Positions 17,659 through 24,000 of a stretch of DNA of 24,000 nt are shown here, in pieces. The notes beneath the pieces are model-generated. The model was given only the letters and a program-made list of their open reading frames with translations. It searched no databases and was not told where the DNA came from. The stretch is from assembly GCA_039821985.1 (NCBI GenBank), contig JBCBNC010000003.1, positions 71,219 through 95,218 on the forward strand. Reading direction: 5' to 3'. Numbering within the stretch: position 1 is the first letter of the stretch; every line of letters starts with the position of its first letter. The translations under genes and the position numbers were made by a program. Source of the DNA: Planctomycetota bacterium. GTDB taxonomy: Bacteria > Planctomycetota > UBA1135 > GCA-002686595.

Positions 17659-18857
17659 ACGCTCTCCGGACTCTCCTCGTCGGCGGTGCGCTGGGCGCCG
17701 CGACCGCGGTCCTTCCCGCAGCTGCCCAGCTCCCCGGCGTCGCGCCGACCGCCGACGACCCGCCCGCGCCGCTCCGGGCGGACCGGCTGTCGCGCGAGGC
17801 GATCGGGCCCGTCGTGGACCGCGCCGTCGACTATCTCGTGCGCGTCCAGCACGACGACGGATCGTGGGGTGACGACGCCCCGAAGATCCTCGAGCTCGGA
17901 TTCGCGCTGAACACGTACCGGAGCTGGCGCCTCGCCAGCCATGCGCTCTCGACGATGGCGCTCGCGAAGGGCCCCGAGACGCCCGAGCGCCGCGCCGCCC
18001 TCGACCGCGCCGTCCGCTTCCTCGCGACGGCCGAGCTGCCGAAGCGCGACAGCGACTGGGACATCGACTTCGTCTGGACCGCGCTGTACGGCTTCGTCGG
18101 CTGCGTCGAGCTGCTTCAGGACGAGCGCTTCTCCGAGGGCGAGTTCGCGGGCCCGCTCCGGGCGCGTGCGGAGACCTTCTTCGGCGTCCTCCGGGGGCAC
18201 CAGGCAGCCTCCGGCGGCTGGGCCTACTACGACGACCCGCCGTTCGACGTGCAGCCGACCTGGGCGACCTCGTTCTGCACGGCGCTCGTGCTGCCGGCAC
18301 TCCGGGACGCCCAGGGGCTCGGGCTCGACGTGCCGGAGTCGATGATCGCGCGCGGCGTGCGCTACCTCGAGCGCTGCGCGCTCCCGAACGGCGCGTACAC
18401 CTACGACCTCGATCCCGTCGCGCGCATCAACGGCGTCGAGCACATCAACAAGGTCGAAGGCAGCCTCGGCCGGATCCAGGTCGCGCACTGGGCGCGGCGC
18501 ACGCTGGGCGATGCGCGCGTCACCGACGAGGTGCTGCGCGAGGGGCTCGAGCAGTTCTTCGAGCACCACGCGTACCTCGACCACGTCCGGCTGCGCCCGA
18601 TCCCGCACGAGGGCTTTCACGCCAATGCGGGCTACTTCTACTTCTTCGCGCACTACTACGCGGCGCGCGTGATCGAGCTCCTTCCCGAGGAGGAGCGAGA
18701 GGAGTGGCACGCGCGACTGCGGCCGCACCTTGCGAAGACCCAGCGGGCCAGCGGGTCCGCGAGCGATTTCCTCGGCTCGAGCTACACGGTCAACGCGGGC
18801 ACTTCGTTCATGGTCCTTTCCCTTGAGGCGGGCGCGCGCCAGCGCGACGAACGCTGA
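17655..18857 (+). CDS. Secreted prenyltransferase / squalene-oxidase repeat (QW-repeat alpha/alpha-toroid) protein
   Basis: GTG 17655 is in frame within track ORF 15393..18857. Signal peptide LRTLLVGGALGAATAVLPAAAQ. QW-like repeats: AVDYLVRVQHDDGSWG, FGVLRGHQAASGGWAYY, GVRYLERCALPNGAYTY. Confidence 0.75.
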   Translation: MNALRTLLVGGALGAATAVLPAAAQLPGVAPTADDPPAPLRADRLSREAIGPVVDRAVDYLVRVQHDDGSWGDDAPKILELGFALNTYRSWRLASHALSTMALAKGPETPERRAALDRAVRFLATAELPKRDSDWDIDFVWTALYGFVGCVELLQDERFSEGEFAGPLRARAETFFGVLRGHQAASGGWAYYDDPPFDVQPTWATSFCTALVLPALRDAQGLGLDVPESMIARGVRYLERCALPNGAYTYDLDPVARINGVEHINKVEGSLGRIQVAHWARRTLGDARVTDEVLREGLEQFFEHHAYLDHVRLRPIPHEGFHANAGYFYFFAHYYAARVIELLPEEEREEWHARLRPHLAKTQRASGSASDFLGSSYTVNAGTSFMVLSLEAGARQRDER

Positions 18858-19832
18858 ATGCAGACGACAGAGTTCGCCTTCCGGCCGGCCGACCTGGACG
18901 CGGCGGAGGCCTGGCTCGCTCGCGCGGCCACCGCGGCGTACGAGTGGGAGACCGACGCCACGCGGCGCGAGACGGGCGCGAGCGAGTGCGAGACGCGCAT
19001 CGACGCGGTGCGCAACGGCGCGGACGACGAGGCGTTCTGCCTCGCGCTGTCGGCGCTCAGCCGGTACGCGCCGCGCGGGCCGCTGTTCGCGACCGGCGGG
19101 TCCGCCGGTGCGGGCGCCGTCGGCGCAGAGAGCGCTCTCGGCGGCTGGAACCCCGAGCGCTGGACCGCTCTCGACGCGCAGCGCGTGCGTCTCATCGTCG
19201 CCCGAGCGCAGGCGAACGACGCGACGCTGCCCGACGCAATGGAGGAAGCGTTCCGCTACGCGGACGAGGGCGAGCTGCGCGCGATCTACCGTGCGCTCCA
19301 GCTCCTGCCCGGCCCCGAGCGGTTCCTGTGGCGCGCGAAGGAGGGCTGCCGAACGAACATGAAGAGCGTGTTCGAGGCGAACGGCTGCGACACCGTCTAC
19401 CCGGTCGCGCACTTCGACGACATCGCGTGGCGCCAGCTCTGCATGAAGGCGCTGTTCATCGAAGCGCCGCTGTGGCGCATCGTCGGCTTCGACGGCCGCG
19501 TCGACGACGAGCTCGCGCGCATGGCGCTCGACCTGGCGGACGAGCGCCGCGCCGCCGGGCGCACGGTGAACCCCGAGCTCTGGATGTGCCTCGGCGCGAC
19601 GGCCTCCGAGCGGGCGGTCGCCTCGATCGAGGACGAGATCCAGCGTTCGACCCACGAACCGTCGCGCAAGGGCGCGATCCTCGCACTGGGACGGATGGGC
19701 GCCGAAGAGCGCCTGAAGGAGATCGAGCGCGACGGCGGCACCGTCTTCGGTCCCGTCGCCCAGTGGGCGCTCCTCGGCCGCTTCGACCAGACCGCCTACG
19801 CGTCCATCTCGCCCGGAGAGGTCCCGGCCTGA
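18858..19832 (+). CDS. eboA: EboA-family protein
   Basis: The ATG directly abuts the upstream TGA. The conserved EboA block is recognised: AIYRALQLLPGPERFLWRAKEGCRTNMKSVFEANGCDTVYP...WRQLCMKALFIEAPLWRIVGFDGRVDDELARMALDLADERRAAGRTVNPELW. It is followed by an EboB-type gene. Confidence 0.8.
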   Translation: MQTTEFAFRPADLDAAEAWLARAATAAYEWETDATRRETGASECETRIDAVRNGADDEAFCLALSALSRYAPRGPLFATGGSAGAGAVGAESALGGWNPERWTALDAQRVRLIVARAQANDATLPDAMEEAFRYADEGELRAIYRALQLLPGPERFLWRAKEGCRTNMKSVFEANGCDTVYPVAHFDDIAWRQLCMKALFIEAPLWRIVGFDGRVDDELARMALDLADERRAAGRTVNPELWMCLGATASERAVASIEDEIQRSTHEPSRKGAILALGRMGAEERLKEIERDGGTVFGPVAQWALLGRFDQTAYASISPGEVPA

Positions 19833-20054
19833 GGCGACGCCGAGGCCTGGCGCTCCGTCGGCTCGGCCGACGGGCCCTCCGCGGCCGAAACCCGTCGAGG
19901 GGATGCGGTGCGGGGCTCGGCGGCCGGCGCTCGCCCCTCTCTCACGGAACCGCCGCTCCGCCGTACCCGTCCGTCGTACGTCCCACGCCGCCCTCTCTCC
20001 GCCGCTCCCCCGCCCGGGCCGACCGGCCCTCCCAGGCGCACCCCCGCAGCGAAC

Positions 20055-20960
20055 ATGTCGAGCTTCCGCTTCTTCGATCCCCACGCGCACATGACGTCCC
20101 GCACGACGGACGACTACGAGCGCATGGCCGCCGCCGGCGTTCGCGCGCTGATCGAGCCCGCGTTCTGGCTCGGCCAGCCGCGGACGAACGTCGGTGCGTT
20201 CGTGGACTACTTCTCGAGCCTGGTCGGCTGGGAGCGCTTCCGCGCGTCGCAGTTCGGCATCCAGCACTTCTGCGCGATGGGCCTCAACAGCAAGGAGGCG
20301 AACGACGAGGGGCTGGCGCGCGAGGTGCTCGAGATCCTTCCGCGCTTCGCGCTCAAGGAGGGAGTCGTCGCGATCGGTGAGATCGGCTACGACGAGATCA
20401 CGGCGGCCGAGGAGAAGGCCTACCAGTGGCAGCTCGAGTTCGCCCGACAGCACGACATGGTGGTCATGGTGCACAGCCCGCACCGCGACAAGAAGCGCGG
20501 GATCCAGCGCTCCCTCGACGTCGCGAAAGAGGTCGGGATCGACATGGAGAAGCTCGTGATCGACCACAACAACGAGGAGACCGTGCAGGACGTCCTCGAC
20601 GCGGGCGCGTGGGCCGCGTTCACGATCTACCCGCATACGAAGATGGGATCCGCGCGGATGGCCGAGCTCACCAAGCAGTACGGCGCCGACCGCTTCATCG
20701 TCGACTCCTCGTGCGACTGGGGCGTCAGCGACGCTCTCTCCGTGCCGAAGACCGCGAAGGTGATGCTCGACGCGGGGATTGACGAGGCTGCGGTGCGCAA
20801 GGCGACGTACGAGAACGCGGTCACCGCGTACGGCTACTCCGGTCAGATCGATCTCGAGCTGCTCGAGGCGAAGCCTGCGGTCGACCAGCGCGGGTTCTAC
20901 GGGGACAGCTCCGTGCTCCGCGGCCAGGAAGCGCGGGTCGACCTCGAGGTGCCGAACTGA
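20055..20960 (+). CDS. eboB: TatD-family metal-dependent hydrolase, EboB type
   Basis: Start at ATG 20055 (MSSFRFFDPHAHMTSRTTDDYERMAAAGVRALIEPAFWLGQPRTNVGAF...). Further TatD-fold metal-ligand motifs are GEIGYD, VMVHSPH and IVDSSCDWG. The upstream 49 codons of the track ORF are C-rich spacer. Confidence 0.85.
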   Translation: MSSFRFFDPHAHMTSRTTDDYERMAAAGVRALIEPAFWLGQPRTNVGAFVDYFSSLVGWERFRASQFGIQHFCAMGLNSKEANDEGLAREVLEILPRFALKEGVVAIGEIGYDEITAAEEKAYQWQLEFARQHDMVVMVHSPHRDKKRGIQRSLDVAKEVGIDMEKLVIDHNNEETVQDVLDAGAWAAFTIYPHTKMGSARMAELTKQYGADRFIVDSSCDWGVSDALSVPKTAKVMLDAGIDEAAVRKATYENAVTAYGYSGQIDLELLEAKPAVDQRGFYGDSSVLRGQEARVDLEVPN

Positions 20961-22993
20961 TGGGGATCGGACGGAACGAAGCACTCGCGGCACTCGGCGT
21001 CCTCGCGGCCCTCGTCGTTTCCGCACCGGCGGCGCGCGCACAGGTCGAAGCAGCACCGGAGGCCGATGGGGCGCAGGCGACCGAGGGTTTCGAGGACTTC
21101 GAGCCCGGGCGCTACAAGCGGGTCGAGTCCTCGATCGGCGACATTGCGGTGCAGGAGGGCTGGCTGACGCTGATCGACGGATCGCGCCGCGGGCTCGCCG
21201 ACGGGATCTGCCTGCGGCTCGACGCGGCGTCGGCGGGCGAACCGCTCGACGTGACGCTCGAGCTCGATGGCCCCGCCGCGCCCGGCGAGACGCTCGAGTT
21301 CCTCGCGCGCCGCGCACAGAAGCCCCGCACGTTCGAGCTGCGGCTCGAGTTCGCCGGCGCGGAGGGTGCGCTCGGCGCGCTCGACCTCGCTCCAATCGTT
21401 CGCCAGGGTGCGTTCGCGCCCGCGTCCGTCGCGCTGCCGGAGGGAGCCCAGACGCTGCGCTTCGTGGGGCGCTGCGAGGGCCGGTCGCCCCTGATGGTCG
21501 ACGATCTCGCGCGGCGGCAGCCTCGCAGGATGGAGCTCGAGAGCGTCACGCTGACGCACGTTGCGCGCCCGGCCATCGCCGACGGTGAGCCGTTCGTGGC
21601 GGCGCGGATCGAGCAGCTCGCCACGGGGACACTCGACGCGATCCAGAGCACCACGTTCGATCTCCGGCTCGAGGACGAGGTCGGCCTCGCTCGGCTCGAG
21701 CTGGTCGGCGACGCGGGGACCTTCACCGGCGAGGCGACGGAGGAGGGCTGGAGCGTCGTCGTCGATGCACCCACGCGCCCAGGACGGACCCTCTTCGACG
21801 TCCGCGCGGTCCTTTCCCCGGCGCCGGAGACCGGCGGTCCCGCCCTGCAGCGGTCGCCGCGTGTCCTGCTCGCCGCGTCCCACCGGCCCGCTCGCGCGGA
21901 GGGCGCGGACGAGTCGGCTCCGGTGGTGGAGGTGCCGGCGGCAGCGTCGATCGTCGCCGCGGTCCTCACTCCCGCGGACCAGGCGACGTGCGATACGACC
22001 TCGATGGTGTCGGTGGGTTCGACGAACAAGAAGGCCGGACACGTCGTCTGCGCGGCCGGCCTCGTGGACCCGTCCGGCGCAGGCGTGGTCCGCGTGTTCC
22101 ACTGGTCGCCGGAGGGTGTTCGGACGACCTTCGACCTCGCCCACGGGGGCTATCAGCTCTCGCGACCGAGCCTCCTCGCGACGCGAGGGACCGAGCGCGT
22201 CCTGCTCGCCGCGGAGGCGACCTCCTCGGGCCGGGACCGCGAGAGCCCGGAGCTCCTGCTCGGATTCTGGTCCGAGGACGGCGGGCGCACGTTCGCTGCC
22301 GGTGAGGTCCTCGCGATCGTCGACGACGACGACGTCGGGCACTACGGGGGCTGCGTACGCTTCACCGGCGGCCGCGGCGCGGTCGACGGGGAAGGCAACT
22401 GGGCGCTCCCGATCCTCCGCTCCTACGGGCACGCGCGACAGGCGGCGGCCATCCTCGTATCGCGCGACCAGGGCGCGACGTGGACCGTTTCGTCCGAGGT
22501 GTTCCGCGGTGCGAAGACCGCGACGATCGTGTCGCTCGGCAACACGGCGATCCTCATCGACGCGAGCTTCGGGTCCGGTGCCGTCCGTCGCGAGACATCG
22601 ACCTTGAACGGCGGAGTGTGGTGGCAGGAACGCCTGTCGACCACTCGTCCCGCTCGGCCCGCGGCGCCCAATGGCACGGCCTTCGTGCACGTCGGGCTCG
22701 ACACCGGGTGGGGAGCCGACGGACGGCTCGTCCTCGCCACGGCGCCCGAGGGGCGCGGCCCCGGGCTCGCGCTCTGGGGGACGAACAACGTCGGCGCGAT
22801 CTGGCATGCGTCCCGCAAGCGCGTGATCGACGACGGGGAGGCCGCCGGCGCGCCTTCCATCGCGGTCATCGACGGGAAGCGCCTCGCGGTCGCCTTCCGC
22901 TCCGGCAGCGGGGACCTCGTCTTCCAGGTCCACCGGCTCGGCGATTACGCGGCGCCCATCAAGACCTACGAGAGCCTGTTCGGCCCGCGCTGA
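20960..22993 (+). CDS. Secreted protein with a C-terminal BNR/Asp-box (sialidase-like beta-propeller) domain
   Basis: The ATG overlaps the eboB stop (TGATG). Signal peptide ALGVLAALVVSAPAARA-QV. Asp-box motifs SEDGGRTF and SRDQGATWT lie in the C-terminal ~330 aa. I do not recognise the N-terminal ~330 aa. Confidence 0.65.
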   Translation: MGIGRNEALAALGVLAALVVSAPAARAQVEAAPEADGAQATEGFEDFEPGRYKRVESSIGDIAVQEGWLTLIDGSRRGLADGICLRLDAASAGEPLDVTLELDGPAAPGETLEFLARRAQKPRTFELRLEFAGAEGALGALDLAPIVRQGAFAPASVALPEGAQTLRFVGRCEGRSPLMVDDLARRQPRRMELESVTLTHVARPAIADGEPFVAARIEQLATGTLDAIQSTTFDLRLEDEVGLARLELVGDAGTFTGEATEEGWSVVVDAPTRPGRTLFDVRAVLSPAPETGGPALQRSPRVLLAASHRPARAEGADESAPVVEVPAAASIVAAVLTPADQATCDTTSMVSVGSTNKKAGHVVCAAGLVDPSGAGVVRVFHWSPEGVRTTFDLAHGGYQLSRPSLLATRGTERVLLAAEATSSGRDRESPELLLGFWSEDGGRTFAAGEVLAIVDDDDVGHYGGCVRFTGGRGAVDGEGNWALPILRSYGHARQAAAILVSRDQGATWTVSSEVFRGAKTATIVSLGNTAILIDASFGSGAVRRETSTLNGGVWWQERLSTTRPARPAAPNGTAFVHVGLDTGWGADGRLVLATAPEGRGPGLALWGTNNVGAIWHASRKRVIDDGEAAGAPSIAVIDGKRLAVAFRSGSGDLVFQVHRLGDYAAPIKTYESLFGPR

Positions 22994-22994
22994 A

Positions 22995-23044
22995 GCCGCG
23001 CGGGGTTCGGCGGCAAGGGCCGCCGCGCGGCGCAGCGCGCGCGG
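22995..23044. terminator. GC-rich inverted repeats in the 55-nt gap between convergent genes (possible bidirectional terminator)
   Basis: GCCGCGCGG (about 22995-23003) pairs with CCGCGCGGC (about 23023-23031). An alternative stem is CCGCGCG / CGCGCGG (about 23024-23044). There is no U-tract. Confidence 0.35.
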
Positions 23045-23048
23045 CCGC

Positions 23049-23786
23049 TCAGAACGTCGTACCGAAGACGACCGAAAGGGACGTCGATTCGATCCGAGCG
23101 CCGATCAGGTCGACCGGGTTTTCGTCGTCGCCCGCGCGCCAGCGGACCTCGGCGCCGAAGAAGCGGCGCGGCTCCCAGAAGAAGCGCAGCCCGGCGCGCG
23201 CGTAGGGCCCTCCGACGACGTCGCGTTCGCGCTCGCGTCCGCCGCCGACGTCCACCTCGGCGCGTGCGAAGCCGGTGTTCCAGCCCGCGCCGACGAACGG
23301 TTTGAGCCGGATCCGCGGGTCGGGCGGCTGGGCGAGCAGTCCGACGGAGAGATCGACGATCTGCGACTCGACGGTCGCGCTGGTGCGCTCCGAGCGGTCG
23401 AAGGCGTACGCCAGGCCGAGGTCCCACGACAGCCAGTCGGTCGGACGCTCGAGCGTCACGGTGCGGTCGCCGAGGAAAGGGACCTGGAGCCCGATGCCGA
23501 GGTCGAGCTGGTCGTCGATGGGCTCCCAGCGGGCGCCGTCGTCGAACGAGCGCGCGCCGATCAGCGTCTCGAAGGCCGACGTATGCCGGAGCTCCGCCTC
23601 GGCCCACTCGAGAGCGCGGTCCACCCGTTGGTCGGTCTCGCGTGTGGACGCGTTCGGCCCGACGATGCTCGGTGCGGGCGTCGGTGACCGGCACGCGGAG
23701 CACAGGGCGAGCACGGCCGCGAGCCCAGCTGCCGAGCTGCGCCGAGCCTGAGCGCGCCGACGCCCGTCCGGCCGGGCGCGCCTCAA
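23049..23786 (-). CDS. Outer-membrane beta-barrel protein (OmpW/porin-like), possibly lipidated
   Basis: - **Terminus:** C-terminal ...SLSVVFGTTF with a terminal Phe.
- **Strands:** alternating-hydrophobicity strands (LGLAYAF, DLSVGLL, AGLRFFW, GAEVRW).
- **Signal:** signal-like AAGLAAVLALCSAC.
- **Start:** I chose TTG 23786 because it forms a TTGA overlap with the upstream amidohydrolase stop. The track ORF extension to 23912 overlaps that gene. Confidence 0.65.
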   Translation of the reverse strand: MRRARPDGRRRAQARRSSAAGLAAVLALCSACRSPTPAPSIVGPNASTRETDQRVDRALEWAEAELRHTSAFETLIGARSFDDGARWEPIDDQLDLGIGLQVPFLGDRTVTLERPTDWLSWDLGLAYAFDRSERTSATVESQIVDLSVGLLAQPPDPRIRLKPFVGAGWNTGFARAEVDVGGGRERERDVVGGPYARAGLRFFWEPRRFFGAEVRWRAGDDENPVDLIGARIESTSLSVVFGTTF

Positions 23787-24000
23787 ACCGTCGCCGCCGG
23801 AGCGCTGAGGGTCCGCTCCGCGTTCTCTGCGAAGAACGCGGCGCGCTCCTCCGCCGACAGACCGAGCTCGTCGACGACCCCGGTCCACTGCTCGAACCTG
23901 TCGCGGCGCCATCCTGCCGGGAACGTGCCGCTGTCCGTGCCGAAGAGCACGCGCTCGGTCCCGAAGACGTCCAGCGAGCGTGCGAGGACGTCTCGGAGTT
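23783..24000 (-). CDS. Amidohydrolase-family protein, C-terminal fragment (the gene continues beyond the window)
   Basis: This gene is not in the ORF track because it has no start in the window. Hand translation of the minus strand gives ...LRDVLARSLDVFGTERVLFGTDSGTFPAGWRRDRFEQWTGVVDELGLSAEERAAFFAENAERTLSAPAATV*. This resembles the Amidohydro_2 C-terminus (xxLFGTDxP ... NAxRxL) and has high GC3. Confidence 0.6.
   Translation of the reverse strand, partial: LRDVLARSLDVFGTERVLFGTDSGTFPAGWRRDRFEQWTGVVDELGLSAEERAAFFAENAERTLSAPAATV

Noticed and set aside
17079-21395. 1438-aa uninterrupted minus-strand ORF spanning four plus-strand genes.
   Set aside because: It is a high-GC shadow ORF. It is antisense to well-supported genes (toroid, eboA, eboB, propeller) and runs straight through a 222-nt intergenic spacer. 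It is dominated by Arg/Ala/Gly/Pro with no recognisable domain.
23787-23912. Upstream extension of the porin-like ORF (MAPRQVRAVDRGRRRARS...).
   Set aside because: It overlaps the better-supported amidohydrolase C-terminus in another frame and is Arg-rich. The TTG at 23786 gives a proper signal peptide.

Overview
This is a very GC-rich (roughly 70% or more by eye) bacterial chromosomal window. It is densely coding: I call 19 protein genes. I found no rRNA, tRNA, CRISPR array, transposase or integrase.

**Layout**
- **Left (294-4352):** aerobic benzoyl-CoA (box) pathway genes boxC-boxB on the minus strand, with a divergent BzdR/BoxR-type regulator. A ChaN-type lipoprotein gene follows.
- **Centre, minus strand:** pruA, an ankyrin-repeat gene, an ECF sigma factor fused in one ORF to a transmembrane segment and a ~570-aa outside domain, then a five-gene operon (11400 to 5441).
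- **Right, plus strand:** a coupled operon of coiled-coil lipoprotein, secreted prenyltransferase/squalene-oxidase-repeat protein, eboA, eboB (TatD-like) and a secreted BNR/Asp-box propeller protein. It is followed by a convergent outer-membrane beta-barrel gene coupled to a partial amidohydrolase gene at the right edge, which is not in the ORF track.

**Best candidates for an undescribed system**
1. The OlsA/OlsB-like operon (11400 to 5441), whose genes are linked by start/stop overlaps. It encodes a PlsC-type acyltransferase, a DinB-fold protein, an NRDE/TANGO2 protein, an 875-aa alpha/beta-hydrolase + DedA/VTT + ATP-grasp fusion, and an OlsB-type GNAT N-acyltransferase. I read it as a possible ATP-dependent lipid head-group modification and translocation pathway.
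2. The orphan eboAB module in a non-canonical envelope context.

**Limits**
- All family assignments come from motif and sequence recognition by eye; no searches were run.
- CDS coordinates follow the ORF-track frames.
- Small motifs were hand-indexed and may be off by 1-2 nt.
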